Source: Candidatus Latescibacterota bacterium (lineage in GTDB: Bacteria; Latescibacterota; UBA2968; UBA8231). From it: a DNA stretch of 64,000 nucleotides. The DNA is taken from positions 1,664,001 through 1,728,000 of the forward strand of contig CBDCXV010000011.1 in NCBI GenBank assembly GCA_965223905.1, given 5' to 3'. Positions within the stretch are counted from its first letter, which is position 1; the number at the start of each line of letters is the position of its first letter. Under the pieces are notes generated by a model. That model ran no database searches. It saw only the letters and a program-made list of their open reading frames with translations, and was not told where the DNA came from. The position numbers and the translations under genes were made by a program. Below are positions 30,123-39,964 of the stretch, in pieces.

Positions 30123-31775
30123 TCAGGGATTCGCCTGGGAGAAGGCGATCTCCCTGTTGACGGGGAAACCCACGCGCACCTCCGACCCGCCGCCCGGCCA
30201 GGTCACCGTGAGCCGGTCGACCCGGTTTCTCGACCCCAGTCCGAAAAAGAGCCGCAGGTCGCTCTGCGACAGGTAGCTGGAGCCGCTGCGCACCTCGTCC
30301 ACCAGCTCGAGGTCCCCGCTCACGAGCTCCACCCTGGCGCCGATGGCGGAGCGGTTGCTGACCGTCCCCTTCAGGCGAAGTCTGAGCCAGTTGCCTGCAT
30401 TGCCGCCGTCGTTTCGCATAAGCGTCGCCGTGTCGCCGCAGTTACCCACGAGAATGTCCATGTCGCCGTCGTTGTCGTAGTCGCCGAAAGCCGCACCGCG
30501 ACTCACTTTTTCGACGGCGAGGGCGGTGCCGTCCACCTCCTTGTGTTCCCTGAAGCGGCCGGTTCCGTCGTTGATGAACAGCTGGTTGCGCTGCGCAAAA
30601 GTCGTGCTCTGGATCAGCGCCACGTCGCTTTCGAGATGGCCGTTGGCGATGAAGATGTCGCGGTCCCCGTCGTTGTCGAAATCCACGAAACGGGTTCCCC
30701 AGCTCAAATATGGAATGCTGTCCATACCCAAACCAGAGGTGAAGGTATCATCGACGAAGGTGCCGTCGCCCTGGTTTTTATAAAGGGTATTCGTCTCCCA
30801 TTGGAAGTTGGTGACGAACAGGTCGGGCCTGCGGTCGTTGTCCACATCCCCCATGTCCACGCCCATCCCCGCCTCGAAATCGCCGTCTTCATTGAGAGCG
30901 GCTCCGGAGACGTACCCCAGTTCCTCGAATCGTCCCCGGCCGTCGTTGAGGTAAAGGAAGTTCGGCGTCTTGTCGTTCGCCAGGTACAGGTCCGCATCTC
31001 CGTCGGCATCGATATCTCCGAAGACGACGCCCAACTCCTTCCCGGTTTCATTGAGGAGACCTGCCGACTCGGTGACGTCCTCGAAACTGCCGTCACCCCT
31101 GTTGCGGTAGAGTATGTCGCGAACGCCCAGATACGCCTCCGGCCCGCAGTACAGTTGCAGATCGCTCCCTGCGGCCCGGCAGATCTTGTGGTTTTCGTAC
31201 GAGAAGTCGTTGTAGTTGGCGACGAACAGGTCGACGGATCCGTCGTTGTCCACGTCGGCGAAGGCGCTGCTGCTGCTGAACAGCCCGTCCGCCACACCGG
31301 CCGTTGCCGCGATGTCGGTGAAGCGGCCGGCCGGCCATCCGCCGTCGTTTCGATAAAGGACGTTCGGTCCGAAATTCGTTACGTAGAGGTCATCATCGCC
31401 ATCGTTGTCGATGTCAGCTGCCGCGCATCCCAGGCCGTACCCCGTGTCGCCCGCGCCCGTGGATGCGGTTACCTCGTTGAAGCGATCGCCCTCATTGAGG
31501 TAGAGGGCATTGCGCGGCGGTTCGGCCAGTTCCGTCCCCGGCACCTCGGCCCCGTTGATCAGATAAGTGTCCAGGTCGCCGTCTCCGTCAACGTCGATGA
31601 AGCCCACACCGGGGCCTACCGTCTCGATGACGTATTTCCTGCCGTTGGCCCCGTTGGCGTGCCGGAAATCGATGCCGGTCTCTTCGGTGACATCGGTAAA
31701 ATGCGGCACTGCTCCTGCGGAAGCGGCCAAAGCTCCGGCAACGGCCGGCAGCAGCAGCCGGGCTTTCAGATTCAC
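30123..31775 (-). CDS. CRTAC1-like FG-GAP + ASPIC/UnbV secreted protein
   Basis: GTG 31775 after GGAGAG; signal peptide; DxDxDGD repeats, YCGPEAY, SNRSAIGARV and SSYLSQSDLRLFFGLG. Confidence 0.92.
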   Translation of the reverse strand: MNLKARLLLPAVAGALAASAGAVPHFTDVTEETGIDFRHANGANGRKYVIETVGPGVGFIDVDGDGDLDTYLINGAEVPGTELAEPPRNALYLNEGDRFNEVTASTGAGDTGYGLGCAAADIDNDGDDDLYVTNFGPNVLYRNDGGWPAGRFTDIAATAGVADGLFSSSSAFADVDNDGSVDLFVANYNDFSYENHKICRAAGSDLQLYCGPEAYLGVRDILYRNRGDGSFEDVTESAGLLNETGKELGVVFGDIDADGDADLYLANDKTPNFLYLNDGRGRFEELGYVSGAALNEDGDFEAGMGVDMGDVDNDRRPDLFVTNFQWETNTLYKNQGDGTFVDDTFTSGLGMDSIPYLSWGTRFVDFDNDGDRDIFIANGHLESDVALIQSTTFAQRNQLFINDGTGRFREHKEVDGTALAVEKVSRGAAFGDYDNDGDMDILVGNCGDTATLMRNDGGNAGNWLRLRLKGTVSNRSAIGARVELVSGDLELVDEVRSGSSYLSQSDLRLFFGLGSRNRVDRLTVTWPGGGSEVRVGFPVNREIAFSQANP

Positions 31776-31968
31776 GCCTCTCTCCAACTCGAAATCCTCA
31801 CGCGTGCGCGACGTGCACCATGCAGGTCTGTAATCTACACCTGGTGATACCCAAGAACAGCACAATGTTGCCTTCAGACTGAAAAAAAGGGGCCATTGCC
31901 ATGGCTGGACGGGCAGGGCGCTGTACTTCCAGGGACTGGAGGGGTGGGAGAGTTGGTTGCTCTTATTG

Positions 31969-33574
31969 GTAACCGTTCAGTTCCCCTGGCAGGTTGGGGC
32001 GGGGGCGGAATGGTAGCAGGTTGACTATTAACGAATGGGGGAGTGGGTTGAAGGCAGCAGCGAGGGCGCCGGCTGCTTAGACACGGCGGCGTCACAGGCC
32101 ATCCTGAGATAGTCGAGGACGTTGCGCTGCTGCTGGCGCAGGGTATCGCGCACCGTGAGCAGGCGCTCTACGAAACGGCTGCCTTCGGCACTGTGGGTGC
32201 CGAAGCTGGTGTGACGCCACAACACGCCATGGCGAAGGGCTCGTTCGGCGTCGTTGTTGGTCGGCTCGACGCCGGGCCGGCGTGCGAAGGTCCACAGGGC
32301 CGGCCCGAGGTCGAGGAGATTGGCGCAGGTGGCCGCCGTCTTGGCGTCGGCGAACTGCTGCCCATAGCACAAATGAAACCGAAAGCGCAGACACAAATCG
32401 TCGATATAGTCCTGGAAGCGGGCGCGGGACAGGGTACCGTCGCGGACTTGATGCCACCAGGTAAACAGCTGCTCGCTGCGGTCCAACAGGTGTTGACCGA
32501 CGCGCTCGGCCTCTCCGCCCCGGGCCACGAACTCCTCGAAGGCGCGCCGCAGGTGAGCCCAGCAGACTTGCCGGCGTCGCAGCGGCAGATGCGCGTAGGC
32601 CGAATAGCGATCGCAGCCGACCACCGCCCGGTTATCCGCACCCAGCATCTCATCGACCCCGTCGCGGTTACGTCTTTTGCGGATGGAGAACACGGTGACG
32701 CCGTCCGTCACCGCGGTCCACAACCAGGCCTTGGCGCGGCGCTGGCGCCAGCCGGTCTCGTCGACGTTGACGATGCCCTGTCGGCGAACGAAGGCGCGCG
32801 CCTCCTCGACCGCACCCGCCAGGGCCGTGGCCACTTCCTGTTCCAGCCGGCTGACGGTACCCAGCGACACCTCCAGGCCGAAGGCGTCGGACAACAGCGC
32901 CCGGATGTTGCGCTTGCTCAGCCGGTAGGCCCCGGCCAACAGGCCGACCCAGGCTTGCACGCTGGGACCGAAGGTGTGCCGCGATACGCCCTCGGGCCAA
33001 CCGGCTTCGGTCAGGCGGTCGCAGTGACCGCAGCGCAGGGTGTGCAACTGATACTCGATGACCTCGGCCCGCACCGGCGGGATGACGACTGCCTGGTGAC
33101 GCTGCGGATGGGGATCGTCTCCCGTCAACAGGTGCCCGCATCCGTGGCACGTACTCGGCTTGACCGGGATCCGTTCGTCCACCTGCTCCACCGATACCCA
33201 CGAGCGGCCGTGTCCTTCGTGCCCGGGCTGTCCGCCCGGCGAGCGCCCCGAGGATCGGCGTCGGGAGGCGTCGGTGCGAGGCGAGGAGGAAGCGCCCGAT
33301 TCCGACGAGGCGGCCCGGGCACCGCGGCGGGCCAATTCCCGCTCCAGCTCGGCGATCCGCGCCGTCTGTTGTTCCACGATTTGCTCGAGCTGGACAATGC
33401 GCTGACGCAAGTCGCCTTCGGAAATCGCACTCTCAGGGGGTCTCTTCATGGGGTCGCCGTATCCAGGGAAATCTGCAACACACAACCGATTCCCGAAGAT
33501 ACCGACGAACCCCAAAACCCGCGTAGGTATTTCTTTATATGCTCAAACTACTGCAGGGGGGACTGAACGGTTAC
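31969..33574 (-). mobile_element. IS66-family insertion sequence (single-ORF, ISBst12-like), 1606 bp
   Basis: Terminal inverted repeats GTAACCGTTCAGTTCCCCTG (from 31969) and GTAACCGTTCAGTCCCCCCTG (reverse complement, ending 33574). The 8-bp flanks TCTTATTG and GATCTGAC differ, so there is no target duplication. Confidence 0.92.
32028..33449 (-). CDS. IS66 family transposase
   Basis: N-terminal coiled coil, PGGQPGHEG, CHGC...CGHC zinc ribbon, VDETGW, CDRY, QVCWAHLRR and PTNNDAERALR. Confidence 0.95.
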   Translation of the reverse strand: MKRPPESAISEGDLRQRIVQLEQIVEQQTARIAELERELARRGARAASSESGASSSPRTDASRRRSSGRSPGGQPGHEGHGRSWVSVEQVDERIPVKPSTCHGCGHLLTGDDPHPQRHQAVVIPPVRAEVIEYQLHTLRCGHCDRLTEAGWPEGVSRHTFGPSVQAWVGLLAGAYRLSKRNIRALLSDAFGLEVSLGTVSRLEQEVATALAGAVEEARAFVRRQGIVNVDETGWRQRRAKAWLWTAVTDGVTVFSIRKRRNRDGVDEMLGADNRAVVGCDRYSAYAHLPLRRRQVCWAHLRRAFEEFVARGGEAERVGQHLLDRSEQLFTWWHQVRDGTLSRARFQDYIDDLCLRFRFHLCYGQQFADAKTAATCANLLDLGPALWTFARRPGVEPTNNDAERALRHGVLWRHTSFGTHSAEGSRFVERLLTVRDTLRQQQRNVLDYLRMACDAAVSKQPAPSLLPSTHSPIR

Positions 33575-34378
33575 GATCTGACTGATGGCTCAATCGAGGA
33601 TTGGAATGAGGTGGGGCCGCCCACTTTGACGCTGCTGGATTTCTTTGTGTGGGAAAACCCAAATTTTTCCAACACATCACAGCGCAATCCCAGTGATCTG
33701 GATATCCAAATCTGGCTGGGTTGGATGAAGTCTCCCCCAAGGATCTACTTGGCCGCTATCCGAGCGGACAACAATTACGTGAACGAGTATCCGGATATTA
33801 TCGGGCAGATGTGGATCCATGACTCCATCACCCTGGGGATCGACGGCGATCACAGCGGCGGACAGCTGTTCTCTGGCGGAGGTGGGGGTACAGAGGAAGA
33901 TCTGTTGATTCACAACAAGCAGGCGCAACTTTACTTCGCCCTGCCCGAGGTGCCAGAGGGAAGCAATGTCCAGTTGCTTTTCTCGACGCAGTGGGAGGGG
34001 GTCATATGGCCAACAGAGGCGCCGTTCAGCGTTGGCGGCGGGGCAGTCGCAGGAGAGAATCCGTTCGTGTCGATAACCGAATTCTACGTGACGCCATTCG
34101 ATCTCTTCGTATATAGCAGCCCGGAGGAGAGCGTGGAATCGGAGTTGTACGCGGGAAAGACGATCGGTTTCAGACTCTATGTGGACGATATAGAGCCGAA
34201 ACCAGGCAGACACCAGGCGATATATGATCTACAATCCGATCCGTCCTCGGGGCCTTATATGGAGTTCAGCGACGGAATATTACTTGGGGCGGACGATCTG
34301 AGCGGGCCAGACGCACGTGACGGTTCTGTGGTGAGGGTCGACTCGTGGGCACGGATCAAGGCGTCGTTCTCGGAGTGA
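33575..34378 (+). pseudogene. 5'-truncated paralog of 35642..36571 (CBM9/DOMON-like protein with SWARIKAS tail)
   Basis: Homology to the intact paralog starts exactly at the IS end (DLTDGSIEDW). The signal peptide and about 40 residues are missing. The 33539 ATG lies inside the IS. Confidence 0.85.
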
Positions 34379-34639
34379 AGCCCAACGGGCGGCACATCTG
34401 CTTCCCAGGGTAACTCCTCTTTGTAATACAGCAAGGCCTTCGCATCACTCACCCTCCTTTTCCGCTCTCATTCATCGAGAGATTCGCCGCTCATCAATGA
34501 CCACGAGCCCCTTCCCGTCCGCGTGTCATTTGGTCGGGAGTCCGGGGAAGCGCCTCCCAAGCTCGGATTACGAGAGGAAAACGCGAGCCTATTATTAATT
34601 CTTGCCACACAGATCGAAATGTCTGATATAGGCAACTTG

Positions 34640-35624
34640 ATGCGAACTACCTCCGTCACGATAGTCGTCGTTCTATCAGTGATTCTGTGGTCGCGTCCCG
34701 TCGCAGGTCACACGCCCCTCGGATACAAGATCTACTACGTTCAGAAGGACGGCTCCAATCTGACGAGGGTGTCCGATGAGGCGATAGGCTCCGCGTTCAG
34801 TCCAGTGTGGTCTCCGGACGGGCGCAATATTCTCTATGGTGCATCCAACGGTCAACTCTATGTTGCGTCCATTCCCGGTTTGGTGTCTCGGAGGGTCAAG
34901 GTGCCTTTGGAAGTACAGATACGGGATCTTGCGTGGTCCCCAAAGGGTACGCACGTTGCATTTCGCGGCAGCCCGTTGCCGGTGCGGACACAAGGGACGC
35001 CGTTTGTGGCGACCTTTGTGACGACCTTTATCTCATGAAGTTCGAAGGCGCGGACGACGTGATGAATCTTACGGACACCCCTTCTGCCCGTGAAAGTACG
35101 CCTAGCTGGTCTCCCGACGGCGGTCGCATAGCATTCACAACCGTTGCAGCCGGGCCAGAGGGGAATATGGAGATCTACGTGATGGGCACTGACGGACTCA
35201 GCGCATACAATCTGACAAGCCATGACAGTCTTGACAAACGTCCTTCGTGGTCGCCTGACGGAACTCGAATCGCTTTCGAGAGCAGACGCTACGGTAATAG
35301 TGAGATATTCGTGGCCAATGTAAACGGCGGTGAGGTAGTGAATGTGAGCAATCACCCCGCTGAGGATCAGGATCCAGCGTGGTCGCCGGACGGGAAGGAG
35401 ATTGCGTTCGTATCGAATCGGGACGGGAATCGGGAGATCTACCGCATTGACCTGAACGGATCAAGGGTGATCAGAGTGACCTTCGACGAGGCCGATGACC
35501 TCGAACCAGGCTGGTCGCCCGATGGCGAGAGGATTTGTTTCACATCAAACCGCGGCGAAGCGGCGTTTGAGACCTTTACGCGGTGGATCAAGCGCACATG
35601 GGGCGACTGAACCCTGAGATATAA
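34640..35624 (+). pseudogene. TolB-like (PD40-repeat) beta-propeller gene, frameshifted
   Basis: Signal peptide plus PVWSPDG/WSPKG repeats in one frame, continuing after ~34980 in another (PSWSPDG x2, PAWSPDG, PGWSPDG). A probable second shift at ~35570 gives DLYAVD in a third frame. Confidence 0.8.
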
Positions 35625-35641
35625 AGGTAGGAGGCGGTGAC

Positions 35642-36571
35642 ATGGGAGCACACTGGCTGCTCGCAGCAACAGCAGGGTTTTGTCTGGTTGGTATCAGCGT
35701 GGCGCTGGGACACACTGGCGACCGGGTGTATCCATTTTACGAAATCACCGAGGAGCTGCAGGAGACGATCGATCTGACTGACGGCTCAATCGAGGATTGG
35801 TTAGGGGTGGGGCCGCCCAGTCTGACGCTGCTGGATTTCTTTGTTGCAGATGATCCCAATTTCTCAAACACATCACAGCGCCATCCCGGCGATCTGGATA
35901 TCCAGATCTGGTTGGGCTGGATGAAGTCTCCCCCCAGGATCTACGTGGCCGCTGTCCGAGCCGACGACGCGTACGTAAACGAGTATCCGGATGCCTGGGA
36001 GCATATGGAGTTCTACGACTCGATCGCTCTGGGGATCGATGGCGACCACAGTGGTGGGGAGCTATACGGCACAGTGGGTTACGAATCAGAGGAGGGATTT
36101 TTGAGTCACAACAAGCAAGCGCAACTTTACCACGCCCTGCCGGAGGTGCCATACGGACGCAATGTCCAAATGATGTGGTCGTTTCTGTGGGAATGGGAGC
36201 GATGGCTGGAAGAGCCGCCGTTCAGCCTTGGCGGCGGGGCTGTCGCAGGAGAAAATCCGACCGTGTCGATAACCGAATTCTACGTGACGCCGTTTGATCT
36301 CTTCGTGTATAACAGCCCGGAGGAGAGCGTGAAATCGGAGTTGTACGCGGGCAAGACGATCGGCTTCAGATTCGTCGTGCACGATGTGGATTGGAAATCG
36401 CGCATGGTCTCGTATCAAGCGGTCTACGATCTGCAAGCCGAACTGGTAGGGACATTGTTTAATGATGGCATACTGCTTGGGGCGGACGATCTGAGCGGTC
36501 AAGACGCCGGTGACGGGTCTGTGGTGCAGGCGGATTCGTGGGCGCGGATCAAGGCGTCGTTGGCGGAGTGA
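35642..36571 (+). CDS. Secreted CBM9/DOMON-like domain protein with C-terminal SWARIKAS motif
   Basis: AGGAGG RBS; signal peptide; DGSIEDW, IWLGW, DSIALGIDGDHSGG, EFYVTPFD and GKTIGF; ends ADSWARIKASLAE. Confidence 0.8.
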   Translation: MGAHWLLAATAGFCLVGISVALGHTGDRVYPFYEITEELQETIDLTDGSIEDWLGVGPPSLTLLDFFVADDPNFSNTSQRHPGDLDIQIWLGWMKSPPRIYVAAVRADDAYVNEYPDAWEHMEFYDSIALGIDGDHSGGELYGTVGYESEEGFLSHNKQAQLYHALPEVPYGRNVQMMWSFLWEWERWLEEPPFSLGGGAVAGENPTVSITEFYVTPFDLFVYNSPEESVKSELYAGKTIGFRFVVHDVDWKSRMVSYQAVYDLQAELVGTLFNDGILLGADDLSGQDAGDGSVVQADSWARIKASLAE

Positions 36572-36779
36572 AGCCCGACAGGGGGCAAAGCTGCTTCCCG
36601 CGGAAACTCCTCTTCGTATTACGACAAGCCCTTCGCATCCCTCACCCTCTTTTCCACTCGCACTCATCGAAAAGTCCGCCGCTTATCAATGACCACGAGC
36701 CCCCCCCCCCCCACGCATCAATCTGCTCGGGGGTCCCGGAAAGCGCCCTTCCGGTATTCCAGACCTTTACGCGGTGGAT

Positions 36780-37075
36780 TCTCGCCGGTCAGCTGGTCGA
36801 TCTTGCGTGGAGCGCCTTCACCTCCATCTTATGGTCGGCCGCGCCCCGAGAGGTCTTGCGGGCGAAGACCTCGGGCGGGCTCTCCCTGGCCTGCTGTTTC
36901 CAACTAACGCAATCATGTTCGGATGGCGGTTTATGCTTGGCAGCGAGTTCGGCCTCCAAGGTGGCTTTGGCCTTGAATTGGGCTGAAAAGCTATGTCGTT
37001 TTTCCCATGTCTCCATTCCTTCCGTAGAGGGTTGGAGCCACCAAACGTACCTGTCCGAATTTCGGGGTCCACCTC
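36780..37075 (-). mobile_element. IS3-family remnant (degenerate OrfA plus left-end-like sequence)
   Basis: KRHSFSAQFKAKATLEA...WKQQ...EVKALHA, then frameshifted KIDQLTGEN, resembles IS3 OrfA. TGGACCCCGAAATTCGGACAG upstream resembles IS3 left ends. Confidence 0.72.
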
Positions 37076-37106
37076 TTTCGAATATGTCTCTATCCGGAGT
37101 GGTTCG

Positions 37107-38798
37107 GTGACCGCTGCCCGCTTTTTGAGTTCCATCTCGCTTTTAGCCTACTTCCTACTGGGCTGCCACGCACAGGTGGACGAGCCCATCGACGCCCGGG
37201 TCCTCGCCAGAGTAGGGGAGAAGGAGTTTACCACTGAGAGCCTCGAGACTGCCCTTGATGTGCTCTACCGCCCCGGCGTCCCCCGTCCCGAAGGCGTGGA
37301 GCGCCGGGTCCTTCAACGCCTGATCGACACGGAGCTGCTGGTTATCGAGGCCAGATCCCGAGGTCTCCAACACGATTGGAAAGTGACGACAAGGGTAACT
37401 GATCGCGAGCGCCAACTGCTCGTAGAGGAGCTCTTCCGCCGGGGCATCCTGGAGGAATCGACCAAGGTGACCAGGGAAGAGGCCCTGTTTTTCTACGACA
37501 GGAATCATATCGGTGAACAGCGCCGCCTTCGACGCATCCTCGTGGGCGACCCCGATACCGCGAAGGAAGTCAAGAGACGCGTTGAGTCCGGCGAGGTATT
37601 CGCCGAACTCGCCCGGGAGCTGTCGGATGACGGGGAAACCGCACAAAAAGGGGGGGACATGGGCTGGATGAGCCGTCTGTCCTTCACGTCCCCCAAATTG
37701 GTTCGCGCGGTTTTCAAAGCCGGCGAGGGAGAGCTCATCGGACCCATCCCGGAAGGGAGAGGCGAGTTCACCTGGCTCATGGTTACCGACAGGCGCCACG
37801 TCCCCTTCGATTCCGTTGCCGTTCAGGTCGAGATGGTCGTGCGCGACCACAACCGGGCTGTCAAAACGGCCAGGTTTCTCGAGGATCTGGCCGATCGCGC
37901 GGGGGTGGAGGATCACGGCGAGGCGCTTCAGCAGCTCTTCGCCCGACTGACCGAATCCGGGGATGATAAGCCGAAGCTCCAAAAAAGCGAAAAGAGCAAA
38001 CTTCTGTTGAGCGCGGACGGGAAGAGCTGGACGGTCGGTCAGTTCATGTCGGCCATGCTCAGCGAGCCCAACCAGCAGGTCGAGATCAGGACGGTCGAGG
38101 ATCTGCGTTTTTACGCCCGCCGCCTGTTCGCTCACAAAAGCCTGCTGACAGAATGGGCGGATGAGCTTGGCTTGCGCGACACCGAGTACGTCGAAAAGGG
38201 GGTGGAGAAGACTCTGCGGGCTGCCCTCGTGGACCGCCTCCGGGAATTGGAGGTCGAGGAGAGGATCGACCCGTCCGAAAGCGAGATTCGACGGCATTTC
38301 GATGAACACCGAGACGACTACGTCATCGACGACCACGTCAGCATCCAGGAAGTGCTGGTGAAGACGCGGGGAGAAGCCGATTCCCTGCTGCGTCTGGTCG
38401 AAGATGGCGCGGATTTCGACGACATCGCCAGACGGAATTCCATACGCAGCCCAAAGGTTCGCAGGGCCGGTGGACGCGTTCGTCTGTTGAAGCGCCATAC
38501 CTACGAACGACTCGGCTACGAAGCCGCGGACGCCGAGGTGGGGGAGCTCGTCGGCCCGGTCAAGACGTACCGTGGATACTCCGTGTTCCGGGTCCTCGGG
38601 AAGACCCCGGGCTATCGACTTCCTTTCGAGAAGGGGAGGTTCCGCGCGGCCAGGCAGCTTCGCCACGAGCTCTCCACCAGGAAGTTTGAAAAGTTGCTGG
38701 GGCATCTGAACGAGAGGTACGACGATCGAGTCACCGTCTACGAGGACCACCTGCGGGCCTACGTTTCGCGGGGCGATGTGGCTGCGAAGGCCGGGTAG
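37107..38798 (+). CDS. SurA/PrsA-like peptidyl-prolyl isomerase lipoprotein with two parvulin domains
   Basis: GTG 37107; lipobox LLGC; FAELARELSDD...GGDMGW and a second DFDDIARRNS...GELVGPVKT..GYSVFRV. Confidence 0.88.
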   Translation: MTAARFLSSISLLAYFLLGCHAQVDEPIDARVLARVGEKEFTTESLETALDVLYRPGVPRPEGVERRVLQRLIDTELLVIEARSRGLQHDWKVTTRVTDRERQLLVEELFRRGILEESTKVTREEALFFYDRNHIGEQRRLRRILVGDPDTAKEVKRRVESGEVFAELARELSDDGETAQKGGDMGWMSRLSFTSPKLVRAVFKAGEGELIGPIPEGRGEFTWLMVTDRRHVPFDSVAVQVEMVVRDHNRAVKTARFLEDLADRAGVEDHGEALQQLFARLTESGDDKPKLQKSEKSKLLLSADGKSWTVGQFMSAMLSEPNQQVEIRTVEDLRFYARRLFAHKSLLTEWADELGLRDTEYVEKGVEKTLRAALVDRLRELEVEERIDPSESEIRRHFDEHRDDYVIDDHVSIQEVLVKTRGEADSLLRLVEDGADFDDIARRNSIRSPKVRRAGGRVRLLKRHTYERLGYEAADAEVGELVGPVKTYRGYSVFRVLGKTPGYRLPFEKGRFRAARQLRHELSTRKFEKLLGHLNERYDDRVTVYEDHLRAYVSRGDVAAKAG

Positions 38799-38817
38799 GA
38801 GGGCAAGGAGAAACTGC

Positions 38818-38845
38818 TTGACTTTGAAATTGCTCTAATTACCTT
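38818..38845 (+). promoter_or_regulatory. Putative sigma70-type promoter
   Basis: TTGACT (38818)-N16-TACCTT (38840) in an AT-rich intergenic region upstream of 38973. Confidence 0.4.
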
Positions 38846-38972
38846 TGGTATGAAGCTGCGATATAAAATTAGCGTTAAGTTGTTGTTTTTAATGCAACTA
38901 AGCGATGAATCCTCATAACCGGTTGAACCTTTCACTCGATGTTGGACCTTTTCCTTAGATAAGGAGAGACTC

Positions 38973-39875
38973 ATGCGCGCGCTTTTCTCAGCTCTTGCAG
39001 CACTCCTGGTTGCGACGCTTGCCGTGGCCCAGGAACCGGCAGAGGTCCCGCTGTACTCTGCCATCGGGATTCCTCCAGGCGGCACTCCTACCATCGACGG
39101 CAACGCCGGTGATTGGGCCTGGGCTGACAGGACGGGCTTCGAAATCACCTCCGATGAGATGTTCGTCCTCAAGGGAGAAGCGACCGACGCGGACGACTTC
39201 TTCGCCCAGATCCTCTACGGCTGGGATCCCGCGACCAACAAACTGGCGGGCATATGCGAGGTCCACGATGATGTCGAAATCGTCGATTTCGGCTCGGATA
39301 TCTGCCCCTTCTTCGAGGATTCCTCCGGGTTGACCTTCGACCCGGACAACATGGGCAACGGCCCGCACGGCCAGGATGCGGAGGAGCTCGATCGCGTAAC
39401 CATCCAGGTCAGCTTCGGGAACCGCAAGGATCCGGCCTTCTTTCCGCTGATCACCAGCTTTCGCGGCGAATGCAGCGGGAACTGCCCCGACCACTGGTGG
39501 GCGTCCCAGGATTTCTTCCGCAGGGCCATCACTCGAATCGGTGAGGAGACCACCTACGAATGGGATGCCTCCCTGTTCGACCCCTGGCATGCCACCGATG
39601 GTCCGGACGCCAGCACGCCTTTTACTCTGACGGCCGGTTTCACCACCGGTTTGTCGCAGAGTATCTCCGACGCCGACCCCGGCATCAACCAGGGTGGCCA
39701 GGAAGGCGGAGTGGAAGGCGCGAACTACTGGCAGCTCGCGATGTCCACCGCGGAGAATTTCACCAATGACGGCGGCATCCCCGACCTCTTCCTGACTCCT
39801 GTTCCAGAGGGAGCCACCGCGGTCGAGGCCTCGTCCTGGGGCCAGATCAAGGCCCTGTCCGGGGAAGAGTTGTAA
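38973..39875 (+). CDS. Secreted CBM9/DOMON-like protein with C-terminal SWGQIKA motif
   Basis: TAAGGAG RBS; signal peptide; PTIDGNAGDW, ILYGWD, VHDD and DPDNMG; ends TAVEASSWGQIKALSGEEL. Confidence 0.8.
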   Translation: MRALFSALAALLVATLAVAQEPAEVPLYSAIGIPPGGTPTIDGNAGDWAWADRTGFEITSDEMFVLKGEATDADDFFAQILYGWDPATNKLAGICEVHDDVEIVDFGSDICPFFEDSSGLTFDPDNMGNGPHGQDAEELDRVTIQVSFGNRKDPAFFPLITSFRGECSGNCPDHWWASQDFFRRAITRIGEETTYEWDASLFDPWHATDGPDASTPFTLTAGFTTGLSQSISDADPGINQGGQEGGVEGANYWQLAMSTAENFTNDGGIPDLFLTPVPEGATAVEASSWGQIKALSGEEL

Positions 39876-39964
39876 AGAAAGAAGGTTCGGTCGGTCTGCC
39901 GTCCTGATCTGACGTCAGTCATTACGACGCCTGTCGCCATCGGCGGCAGTTGCGCTTGATCCCG

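Larger units (their letters stand above)
33575..36750 (+). repeat. Diverged direct duplication: 33575..~34555 versus ~35770..36748 (gene plus ~180 bp downstream)
   Basis: Paralogous CDS plus alignable non-coding tails (GTGAAGCCC...CTGCTTCCC...AACTCCTCTT...CCTTCGCATC.CTCACCCTC...ATCAATGACCACGAGCCCC...GAA[A]GCGCC). Confidence 0.85.
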
